A stretch of 64,000 bases of DNA from Macrostomum lignano (Eukaryota): the NCBI GenBank assembly GCA_002269645.1, contig NIVC01000061.1, forward strand, positions 1-64,000. The letters are read 5' to 3'. Below are positions 54,001-64,000 of this stretch, in pieces. A program made the position numbers and the translations under genes. Each line of letters starts with the position of its first letter. The stretch's first letter is position 1. Under the pieces are notes generated by a model. The model did no database searches. It worked only from the letters and a program-made list of their open reading frames with translations, and was not told the origin of the DNA.

Positions 54001-57000
54001 GGATTGATTTCGTTAAAATCTGAATTTAATTTTTCGATAATTTTATAATATTGAAGAGTCTTTCTGCTTCACACACAGTATTCGAAACTCCGGTTTTATC
54101 GATGCACTGCCGGCTACTTTATTAGTTAGTTTATCGCTCGTTCGTTCGAATCATAGGGGCTCTGAACAGCTCACTAATCAAAGCGACAGACGTCTCATAG
54201 CCATAAAGGGCAGGTGGTAACGTCTCAGGATGCCTCACAATGTATAAAACTTATTTAAACCTTTGTATTTTGTGACACTTTCTGACATTGTCCTAGTATA
54301 TTTTTAGGTGAACGCGGCGTTAAGTAACACATTCAACTAAGATTCCATTGCTGAAAACAAGAGAGAAATTCTATCGCACAAACAAGCCACACAGTAACCC
54401 ACCCCACCCCACACACGCAACAACCACAACACGCATCACCACCCCTAACGCCTACCCCCCACTAACCCCGGTTAGCACTAGCGATTTTTGCTTTGATGTG
54501 CAAATGCCTAAAACCATAGACATCTCGTCTCATTATCTACTCCATTTCTTTTGTTAAGGACGCTCTATCCACTGACGTATTTTAATTTGTCGTTGTTGCT
54601 ATCTGAGGAAAATGAAGGAGTCAGTGTGTAAAACCCTCTGAAAAATCTAGTTCAAGCAATGCTCACAGGCGCAGCAAATAGTTGCACAAATTTTCTACTT
54701 CAACTTAAATTCTTTTTATAATTAACATCAGAGTAAATCATTCTTTACTTGGCTACATGTGTCCTTAAATCGAATTGTAACTGCTGCATTATTACCACTG
54801 ACTCATGAACCTTGAAGCATAATTTTGTAACTATTTGTCACTTTCACTGTTTCAGAACGTTGTGGAAAATACTTCCGACGATATGGCAGAAAGTGCATCA
54901 GAGGTGAGAAATGATTGACTGCTAAATAGCTCGAGGTAAATTTATTTAAATATGTGCGTATGCACCGAGTAAAATTGAAACTGCTTTGTGCAATCGGTTG
55001 CAGTTCGCTGCCCGCGCAGCATGAAGTCAAGGCGCATTCGCTCGAGAGTCCGAGTCGGCAAGCGTGTGGCTGGCTACACTAAGAAGTGCAGCTGCATCGG
55101 AGCCAAGACTGGCAAGAAACCGTCCAAAAAGAACGCCATCGACATGGCATTCGTGGTCGACGTGACCGGCAGCATGGGATCGGTGATCCGCGCGATCAAG
55201 GCCAAGATCCGCGAGGTTATCAATGCGAACGCTAAGTCGCGCATCGTAAGTGGATTTCAATCTAAATTTCAGAGCCCTACATAAAGAAGACCAATTTTCT
55301 AACATGGCAAACGAAACGCTACCTGGCCATTTCAGGTAAACAAATTCGTGCTTGTACCTTACGGCGATCCGAAAGTTGGTCCAGTGACGGCGACTCGTGC
55401 GCGATCTCGCAGCTCCGTGAACTCCCTCATCAGAGCAGTGAACGCAATGCGCGCATCTGGCGGAGGCGACTGCGCCGAGTTCGGCTTCTCAGGAATATAC
55501 GAAGCGCTGACCAGAGTAAAGAAGAACTCAATTGTGTACGTGTTCACCGATGCGAGTCCGTCAGCTCGAGACAGACGGTGAGCAGACATGGCATGTGTTG
55601 ATTAAGTTAATTTTGCTTTTTTGCTACCAATACCAAGATATCAGCTGAAAAAATATTATAACTCAATTTTCATGACTCCAGAAAGGAGAGCAACGTCCGA
55701 TCGCTGGCTCGAAGAAAGAACGCTCAGCTGAACTTCCTCATAACCGGAAATCTGTGCGGAAGACGCAACTCGTACCGCGGTTTGTCTCGATCGACTCGAG
55801 GTGCTTGGATCAAGATGAGCAGAACTCGGGCTAGCCGAGTGATGAGCTTCGTGAGTCGCGCTCTGAAACACGGCGCCAGTACGCTGAGAGGCTTGAACCG
55901 TGACGGTCTGTCGACGTTCGTATCGAGACGCGAGAAGTGCAGGTGTCGCAGAGTTCCTCGATTTACAGCAAAGTACTCGTATGTAAATTCTGTAAAGTGC
56001 GTTAAGCGTTCTACATCCAAATGTCGTCGAGGATACAGACGCGTGAAGGGCAGGTGCGTGAGGTACTCGAGAAGGTGCCGTCGAGGATACAGACGCGTGA
56101 AGGGCAGGTGTGTAAGGTACTCGAGAAGATGCCGTCGAGGATACAGACGCGTGAAGGGCAGGTGCGTGAGGTACTCTAGAAGGTGCCGTCGAGGATACAG
56201 ACGCGTGAAGGGCAAGTGTGTGAGGTACTCGAGAAGGTGCCGTCGAGGATACAGACGCGTGAAGGGCAGGTGCGTGAGGTACTCGAGAAGGTGCCGTCGA
56301 GGATACAGACGCGTGAAGGGCAGGTGTGTGAGGTACTCGAGAAGGTGCCGTCGAGGATACAGACGCATGAAGGGCAGGTGCGTGAGGTACTCTAGAAGGT
56401 GCCGTCGAGGATACAGACGCGTGAAGGGCAGGTGCGTGAGGTACTCGAGAAGGTGCCGTCGAGGATACAGACGCGTGAAGGGCAAGTGTGTGAGGTACTC
56501 GAGAAGGTGCCGTCGAGGATACAGACGCGTGAAGGGCAGGTGCGTGAGGTACTCGAGAAGGTGCCGTCGAGGATACAGACGCGTGAAGGGCAGGTGCGTG
56601 AGGTACTCGAGAAGGTGCCGTCGAGGATACAGACGCGTGAAGGGCAGGTGTGTAAGGTACTCGAGAAGGTGCCGTCGAGGATACAGACGCATGAAGGGCA
56701 AGTGTGTGAGGTACTCGAGAAGGTGCCGTCGAGGATACAGACGCGTGAAGGGCAAGTGTGTGAGGTACTCGAGAAGGTGCCGTCGAGGATACAGACGCGT
56801 GAAGGGCAAGTGTGTGAGGTACTCGAGAAGATGCCGTCGGGATACAGACGCGTGAAGGGCAGGTGTGTGAGGTACTCGAGAAGGTGCCGTCGAGGATACA
56901 GACGCGTGAAGGGCAAGTGCGTGAGGTACTCGAGAAGTTGCCGTCGAGGATACAGACGCGTGAAGGGCAAGTGCGTGAGGTACTCGAGAAGGTGCCGTCG

Positions 57001-60000
57001 AGGATACAGACGCGTGAAGGGCAAGTGTGTGAGGCACTCGAGAAGGTGCCGTCGAGGATATAGACGCGTGAAGGGCAGGTGCGTGAGGCGCGGGGCTGCC
57101 CGGACTGGCGGCAGCAGTTCGAGCGGCAGTCGAGGACGTCGAAGGTGCCCGCCAGGATTCCAGACAGTTCGGTCTGGTCGGCGCCGTCGTGTCAGATGCG
57201 TGCGCAGGAGCTCCAGTGAGTATCTTTAGACATTTGTACCGTGTTTACATGTTCATCGTTTTGTAAAGTATTGAGTTTTTAATGGAATCAAGTAATTTGC
57301 CAAAAGTGTTTCCTAGTAAGACTTCAACCTTTCCTGTGACTCTCATAAATAGAAACTCCGTATCAATGTGGACCCACTTAATGCTCCGTAAAATTGGATT
57401 TTATAGAAAGAACGATTGATTAATTCCGTGAAAAGTTCGACTACTTCGTGTACAGAGATTTTTTGTAATTTCAATGACACAGACAATTTTTTCTAGCTGG
57501 TATTTTAGAAACAGTAAACGAAACTCATAATTTACTAATTTACGAGCGTACTGACGGCAACTTTATTAGTTACTTTATGGTTCGTTTGGTCGAACCATAG
57601 GGTCTCTGAAAAACTCCGCCAATCAAAGCGACAGTCATCTCACAACAATTGAAGGCAGATGGTAGGGCTTCAGTATGCCTCACAATACACAAAACTTAAA
57701 CTGTAAACTTTTGTACGCTCGTATTTCGTGAGAGTTGTTGAAATTGTCCTGCATTTTTGGTAAACGATGTCTCAAGGTGTAAAAATTTGGGTTGGGACTT
57801 TCCTTGGCTCCACTACTCGAAAGTCGGCTTTGGGACTCTCTGTTGTGCGCTCGCAGTTGCTGATTTTTGTAAAGCCAGCTTATTTGACTAGTGAAATACT
57901 TAGTGAGCCGAAAATCAATTCTCAATCTTGCAATGAAAGATCTGCAAGTCTGTAACAGTAATTAACATAAATAGCTGATATAATTTATTGCCAAACATCT
58001 GAAAATGAGACGCAAGCCAGCACGAAGCCCCTCGAAATATAAATTGTAAAGTTAATACGCTCGAACGATGTGGCATAAAATAACACATTTAAGTAAGATT
58101 CACAAGCAAGTTGACACAGCTAAGAGGAAGAAACAATCTATTGCGCAAACCACTCGCACAGGGCCAGGCCCGTACCTACACACAACCACACATGCAACAA
58201 GTACCATAGCGCGCAACACCACCCCAAACATCTACTCATACAAACTCCGGTTAGCCACTAGCGATGCTCGTCAAGCCGGTAGATTACTGCGCCAACGCCT
58301 AAAACCAGAGATATCCCTGAGCATTATCTTCTTTTCTTTTGAGAAGGGGAAGAATAAAGGTGTTTGCTCGTACAGTCTGGATAAGAGCCAATTTTTTACT
58401 TCAAATTAAATTCTTTCAAAACATCAACTTCAGGGTCAATAATTACTTATTATGGCCATATTTGCCGGTTCATTGGATTGTAATCGTTGCTTTACGAGTG
58501 TATAACCACTGAATTATTGAGCACGTTTATTTAAACTAGCTTGTATTACAACTTTTACTATTTTAGAACGTTGTGGAAAATACTTCCGACGATATGGCAG
58601 AAAGTGCATCAGAGGTGAGAAATGATTGACTGCTAAATAGCTCGAGATAAATTTATTTAAATATGTGCGTATGCACCGAGTAAAATTGAAACTGCTTTGT
58701 GCAATCGGTTGCAGTTCGCTGCCCGCGCAGCATGAAGTCAAGGCGCATTCGCTCGAGAGTCCGAGTCGGCAAGCGTGTGGCTGGCTACACTAAGAAGTGC
58801 AGCTGCATCGGAGCCAAGACTGGCAAGAAACCGTCCAAAAAGAACGCCATCGACATGGCATTCGTGGTCGACGTGACCGGCAGCATGGGATCGGTGATCC
58901 GCGCGATCAAGGCCAAGATCCGCGAGGTTATCAATGCGAACGCTAAGTCGCGCATCGTAAGTGGTTTTCAATCTAAATTTCAGAGCCCTAAATAAAGAAG
59001 ACCAATTTTCTAACATGGCAAACGAAACGCTACCTGGCCATTTCAGGTAAACAAATTCGTGCTTGTACCGTACGGCGATCCGAAAGTTGGTCCAGTGACG
59101 GCGACTCGTGCGAGATCTCGCAGCTCCGTGAACTCCCTCATCAGAGCAGTGAACGCAATGCGCGCATCTGGCGGAGGCGACTGCGCCGAGTTCGGCTTCT
59201 CGGGAATATACGAAGCGCTGACCAGAGTAAAGAAGAACTCAATTGTGTACGTGTTCACCGATGCGAGTCCGTCAGCTCGAGACAGACGGTGAGCAGACAT
59301 GGCATGTATTGATTAAGTTAATTTTGCTTTTTTGCTACCAATACCAAGATATCAGCTGAAAAAATATTATAACTCAATTTTCATGACTGCAGAAAGGAGA
59401 GCAACGTCCGATCGCTGGCTCGACGCAAGAACGCTCAGCTGAACTTCCTCATAACCGGAAATCTGTGCGGAAGACGCAACTCGTACCGCGGTTTGTCACG
59501 ATCGACTCGAGGCGCTTGGATCAAGATGGGCAGAACTCGGGCTAGCCGAGTGATGAGCTTCGTGAGTCGCGCTCTGAAACACGGCGCCAGTACGCTGAGA
59601 GGCTTGAACCGTGACGGTCTGTCGACGTTCGTATCGAGGCGCGAGAAGTGCAGGTGTCGCAGAGTTCCTCGATTTACAGCAAAGTACTCGTATGTAAATT
59701 CCGTAAAGTGCGTTAAGCGTTCTACATCCAAATGTCGTCGAGGATACAGACGCGTGAAGGGCAGGTGCGTGAGGTACTCGAGAAGGTGCCGTCGAGGATA
59801 TAAACGTATCGGCGGCAAATGCAAGAAAGCAGTTAGCGTTGGAGGTGAGTTTAATGGATGCTGTTTTGAGTCACTTGAGTCCCTTTTATAGCGCAAAGCA
59901 AGGTTTAAAAGCTACTCCACCTTGATTATAGTATCCTGTGGAACTTTCCGGTGCACTCGAGGCATGAGTTGTCTGAAGAAATACCGATACGATGCCCGCG

Positions 60001-63000
60001 TTAGATCTTCTGCACGAGCAGCTTACAGCGCTCGATTGGTTCGCGCCACCCGCTGGTTCAACTCTAGACGAGCAGCCGAAGCTCGACGTCACAAACTATT
60101 TTTAAGAAACATGAAACCTCGCCTATCAGGTGAGCCAAACAGGATTTATGATTTTCGTAAAAATGCGATAAAAAGTCATCAGAAAAATTGCTTTCAGCCA
60201 AACGAGTGAGCCGCTTCTGCGAGCATAAAACTGGCACCGTCAGCTGCCCGCGAGGTACCACGATCGACATTGTTTCCGGATTATACGGCCGCGTATCCAA
60301 TAAGTACTGCACTCGGGGACCCAGACGCACCACCTCTTGTTCAGCTCGTACAGCCAGTTCGCGTATAAGAAGCTCTTGTCAGAACAGGCAGTCGTGCCGA
60401 CTTTCAGCTAGCAATAGCGTCTTTGGCGACCCTTGCGTTGGTACGCTGAAGTACGTGGAGATTCGCTACAGATGCAAGGCGACGCGAGCCACGACCGGTG
60501 CACGAAAGGCCGAGAAAGCAAGATACGCCGCCGCTTTGAAGAAACTTTCAAGAAGTTACAACATGATGAAGGCGAAACTAAACGCCTCCTTAAAACGCTT
60601 GCAATCCAGGGTCAGCCGGTGTGCATTTGTAGCCCCGAAAAAAAGTAAGTAACTTTTTATCCATCACTTCTTTCATTCTTCTTTCATCACATGTTCAGGA
60701 GAGTCTTTTCGTTTATTACGCAATTCAGCTGGCTGCAAGGCGGTCAGGTGCGGCAGAGGCAAGAAGTGCGTGATGAGAAGACGGCGCTTTGCTGGTCGAA
60801 TGGCCTACAAACCGGCCTGCGTTAGGGTGCCGCCGAGTGGTAAGATTTGCACGTTTCTGTAAAATAAGCTGCCGTTCTTCAAGCCAAATAGAAAGTGCAC
60901 ACTTCAACCAAAATTGCAGCTCTGTGTGCCAGAATCAGATGCGGTCGCGGGCGTCGCTGCGTGATTCGGACGACAAGGCGTCGAATTGGGCGTCGAGTGC
61001 GAGTTTTCAAGTCGGCTAAATGTCAGCCCAGGAAAAGTAAGCTTCGAGGCGAATTTGGACAACAAAATCTATTTTTTATAGAGTGAAACAATTACTTTTG
61101 AGCAAAGATTTCACGAATGACCGATGTGCTAATCCCTGTATTGGTTACTGAGTCTAAGTCAGTCTACTCTAAATTGTCCTTTTCGGCAGGTCTCTACACG
61201 GTGGAATTAATGAAAGGACTCAACTTTAGGATTTAACATCCACAAATCAGATCTTTCCATGTATATATATATATATATATACGCCCTCCAAATCAAGACT
61301 ACTTGGCGCTTTGAATGCGATATAAATACTTCTAAAATATTTCTAAAACCTTCCTAATCACAAGACGTTCAACAATTTACCTTTCCAAAGCAGGAATATC
61401 AGTAATATTTAAATACTCTTTGAATTTCATCTTCTGAAATATTTCTTAAAAAGTTGAAATTGCTGAGACAGATATGTGCCTTTAAATCAAGGTCTGTTAC
61501 GTTAAGTATCCATTATAAATAGGTTCTTGAAATCGCTTGAAATGTTAGTTAGTAAGCATCGTATTGTAAAACCGTTCTTTTTTATCCTACTGTGAGAATG
61601 AGTCGCCGTCATGGCGATATTTCGGATTTTCAAGTCAGATCGTCCAGAATTTTCAGTAAGAAATAGACTCACCGTAAAAACATTCGACACCCTTTCTTGT
61701 GACTTTTCCAACAGACCTGTGCAGCACCATGAAGTGCCGCTCGGGCTCGCGGTGCCGAGTTGTCTATCAAACCAAGACTGTGCGTCGCCGGGTGCGCAGG
61801 CGTCAGAAGCGATGCTCCTGTAATCGGGCAGTCAAATCGAAGGCGGCGAAATCCGCAGCAAGAGGCTCCGCTGTTGACATGGCGTTCGTGATTGATACGA
61901 CCGGAAGCATGGGCCGAGTGATTCGCAGCATTCAGAGCAACATAATTAAGATTGTGAAGGCTAACAGAGGCACAGTCAGTCGGTTTGTTGTCGCTCCATT
62001 TAATGATCCTAAGGTAAGACGCTGGAGTTTTGAAAGTAATTCAGTGACAAAATATCTGAAAAGACTCAGCTCTCTCAAAATCTATTTAAAGTTTACTAAG
62101 TTTGAGCTTTGATGGCAAATTTAATGCCAGTTTTAAGGAGCCTCGAGCCCATTCCACTGACCCTTGACTACGCACACGGATACGCAGCCAAGTACACTCT
62201 CACAGGGTGGCCAGTGGCCCTTACTTTCACATCGTCAGGTAGTGTAAAGAATCTGTGAATTGCAGAGCTTGGTCCTCATGGGGGAAAATTCCCAGACAAA
62301 GGGCCTGTCAACTTAAGCTCACAAAGTGGAGCCCGAGTAACCTATGTGCACAAATTATGCGTCGTTCTGCTCACAGTGACACTAGGAAGCTATATTTGGC
62401 AAAAATGCGACAAAAATTGGACTTGGGATAGGGAAGAATAACCAAGGGGATGATTAGTGACTTATATTAACTTAAGCTTATAAAGTCCCTAATTATGTCC
62501 TTGCTTGTTCTCCCCGAACCCAAGTCAAATTTTTGTCGCATTTTTGCCAAACCCAGCTTCCTGGTGTCACTGTGAGCAGAACAACGCATCATTTTTGTGG
62601 TTACCCGGGCTCCACTTTATGAGCTTAAGTTGACAGGCTGTTTTTGTGCTCAAATCCTAAACTAATTTGGCTGCGCCTGGACGGCTTCTCTGCCCCTTCT
62701 AAGTCGCTAGGGAATGTGGTGAAAAATGATTGTTAAGTGATTCTCGGTTTTAGAGTTCTGCTTCTTTAAAATTGACGACCTCCTTTCTTACGAGATATGT
62801 TTTCCAAGCAGCGCCACACAAGTTAAAGCCTGGATATAATGTTTTAAGCCCATCTTAGATGTGCTTTCATGATTCACTATTTTTGCTTATCATTTAGGTC
62901 GGGCCGCTGACAGTCAGCACGAAGGCGGGATCAATAGTATCAGCAGTGAGACGCCTGAGGGCTCGAGGCGGCGGCGACTGTCCAGAGTTAGCGATGCGCG

Positions 63001-64000
63001 GCATTCTGGCCGCAGCCAGAAAGGTTAAGCGCGGCTCCGTGATCTACGTGTTTACCGACGCCAGCGCTAAAGATTACAGGTTGCAGAAAAAGGTAAAATG
63101 ATTTTGCAATGGTGCATGTCTTTAGGAAAACTATATACGCAAATCTGACAATAAATATTTTTTTTCAACTACACATGTAGGTACGCAGAGTCATCGACAA
63201 CAAGAACCTGCAGATGGTGTTTATTGTCACGGGAAGACTTTGCGGAAGAAATTACCACAAAGAGTACCAGGCTCTTTCCAGAGGCAATGGCCGTGTCATC
63301 ACTTTGAACAGCCGAAAAGTCAACAAGGTGCTGAGCTTCATCCGTCGAGCCGTCGCCCTGGGCAGCTCCCGTCTTAGACGCTTGAATCTGTCTGATCTTG
63401 GAAGCTACATCCGGAAGTGTAAGTGCAGAAGTGTGACACGTGTTATCACGAGGACCTACAAGAAATACCGACGGGTGGCCAGGTGCACAAAGAGGGCTCC
63501 TGGTGACTGCAAATCTCGCAAGTGCAGCAAGGGCTTCAAGTGTGTTGCAATCAAGACTCGATCGATACCGAGCAGAACAGTGACGCGCTGCGTCCGGTCC
63601 AGCAGTAAGTTTATTTCTGTCATTATGAAGGCAGATTTTTTGTTTAGTAAAGTAAATAGTGTATAAAAAGTAGCACATTTGTTTTTTTTACATAATTACC
63701 CGATTAATTAATTTTGTAATAATTTTGAGAGATGAGCAATTTTAAGTAACTGTACTGAGAGGACTATTCTACTTCTATGCTGCCACTATGATATCTTATT
63801 GACTTCTTTCACGAGTAAAAGGTTACTTTAATCAATTAATAAATGAGCTACTTTTTAATTTACAGACCTTTGCAACAACATCAAATGCCGCAAGGGCTAC
63901 GCGTGCAAGGTGCGCAAGTTTGGTCGCATGTACACCAGACGAGGACGCCGATACAGACTTGTCCGATTCAAGGCCCGTTGCGTTCGTGTCAAAACTGGTG
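45009..64000 (+). CDS. Giant secreted Arg/Lys/Cys-rich protein with five hemicentin-type VWA domains, CxxG[YF]xxxGxxC repeats, a SUEL lectin domain and follistatin-N-like repeats; 3' end beyond the window
   Basis: Signal peptide MRLALLLLSALLFVTVFCELADA. Exons: 45009-45091, ~45560/45638-46383 (5' end unresolved), 46472-46690, 46774-47171, 47260-47310, 47402-47446, 47542-47637, 47727-47968, 48059-48300, 51889-52525, 52609-52850, 53340-53791, 55004-55245, 55336-55577, 55682-57215 (1-nt deletion near 56840), 58715-58956, 59047-59288, 59393-59844, 59932-60129, 60198-60644, 60729-60839, 60920-61036, 61715-62013, 62898-63092, 63181-63604, 63866-beyond 64000. Phases match at every junction from exon 2 onward; over 8.3 kb coding. 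Confidence 0.88.
45145..45440 (+). mobile_element. tRNA-derived CORE-type SINE in intron 1 of the giant gene
   Basis: A-box-like TAGTGGTTTACAGCG, B-box GTTCGAGTCC (45190-45199), CORE-like GTGTCCTTGAGCAAGAAACTTAAC...CTTCAGTTTACCCAGCTGTAAAATGGG, (TTA)n tail; second partial copy at 24116. Confidence 0.85.
47858..52130 (+). other. VWA domain 1 of the giant protein (exons 8-10, split by the 3.6-kb intron holding the methyltransferase)
   Basis: DMAFVVDVTGSM ... FVLVPYGDPKVGPV ... SGGGDCAEFGFSG ... VYVFTDAS ... LNFLITG: the motif series of the hemicentin/VWA7-type VWA domain. Confidence 0.88.
49478..50672 (-). CDS. Intronless FkbM-family (Methyltransf_21-like) SAM-dependent methyltransferase with N-terminal type II membrane anchor; one frameshift in the T7 run at 50457-50463
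   Basis: N-terminal MRITHVFLVACASIALITVTYFVSRK. After the homopolymer, the other frame continues KNCPPFNELRNVDF... into ORF 49478-50314 with FLDIGSNLSIYS, VVAIDAN, IKMDIESGE, QMEF. Removing one base gives a 397-aa ORF. Confidence 0.85.
52415..53580 (+). other. VWA domain 2 of the giant protein (exons 10-12)
   Basis: LDMAFVVDVTGSM ... FVLVPFADPVVGP ... SGGGDCPELSRSG ... MYVFTDAS ... VNFLISG. Confidence 0.88.
55135..55920 (+). other. VWA domain 3 of the giant protein (exons 13-15), near-identical to VWA1
   Basis: Same motifs, near-identical DNA including the 90-bp intron. Confidence 0.88.
56026..57085 (+). repeat. Coding 54-bp tandem repeat, about 19-20 copies, encoding RRCRRGYRRVKGRCVRYS
   Basis: Unit CGTCGAGGATACAGACGCGTGAAGGGCAGGTGCGTGAGGTACTCGAGAAGGTGC within exon 15; one unit lacks an A near 56840. 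Confidence 0.95.
58846..59640 (+). other. VWA domain 4 of the giant protein (exons 16-18), near-identical to VWA1 and VWA3
   Basis: Same motifs and intron positions; near-identical DNA. Confidence 0.88.
60212..60475 (+). other. SUEL/rhamnose-binding (Gal_lectin) domain of the giant protein
   Basis: CEHKTGTVSCPRGTTIDIVSGLYGR...C...C...CQNRQSC.L.ASNSVFGDPCVGTLKYVEIRYRC: eight Cys plus the YGR, DPC and KY motifs of the family. Confidence 0.92.
61870..63410 (+). other. VWA domain 5 of the giant protein (exons 23-25), most similar to canonical hemicentin VWA
   Basis: DMAFVIDTTGSM ... FVVAPFNDPKVGPL ... RGGGDCPELAMRG ... IYVFTDASAKDYRL ... MVFIVTG ... KVNKVLSFIRRAV. Confidence 0.9.
62303..62638. 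mobile_element. ~336-bp imperfect palindrome (foldback/MITE-like) in intron 23 of the giant gene
   Basis: GCCTGTCAACTTAAGCTCACAAAGTGGAGCCCGAGTAACC (62303) is complemented by GGTTACCCGGGCTCCACTTTATGAGCTTAAGTTGACAGGC (ending 62638); complementarity continues inward (CTGCTCACAGTGACAC/GTGTCACTGTGAGCAG, TGCGACAAAAATT/AATTTTTGTCGCA) to a centre near 62470. Confidence 0.8.

Noticed and set aside
55724-57229. Antisense and alternative-frame repeat ORFs (RRHLLEYLTHLPF, PSRIQTREGQV)
   Set aside because: By-products of the stop-poor 54-bp coding repeat.
45009-64000. Naming the giant gene as Mlig-ap1 or hemicentin
   Set aside because: No C-type lectin, EGF or Ig arrays in the visible part, and five VWA domains; architecture differs and no database search was possible.

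Overview
Eukaryotic, intron-containing animal DNA, very rich in micro- and minisatellites. The repeat style and gene content suggest a free-living flatworm such as Macrostomum (inference, not verified). Left to right: a frameshifted secreted C-type lectin/PAN-like gene (-); two divergently oriented CUB-LDLa-LDLa-trypsin protease genes whose protease exons are almost identical while their CUB exons are diverged; kb-scale (CAGA)n and (GTA)n arrays; a two-exon class A GPCR with non-canonical motifs; a G-rich minisatellite; a non-autonomous hAT element with intact TIR and TSD; a probable neuropeptide precursor ending PPGIW-RRRR; a 4-exon orphan gene. From 45009 past the window end runs a giant secreted Arg/Lys/Cys-rich protein gene: at least 26 exons, over 2,700 aa, five hemicentin-type VWA domains, many C-x-x-G-Y/F-x3-G-x-x-C repeats, a SUEL lectin domain and follistatin-N-like repeats. 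One intron that splits its first VWA domain carries an antisense, intronless, membrane-anchored FkbM-family methyltransferase. Several single-base indels, some in homopolymers or repeats, look like assembly errors. All exon calls were made by hand from GT-AG sites and phase checks.
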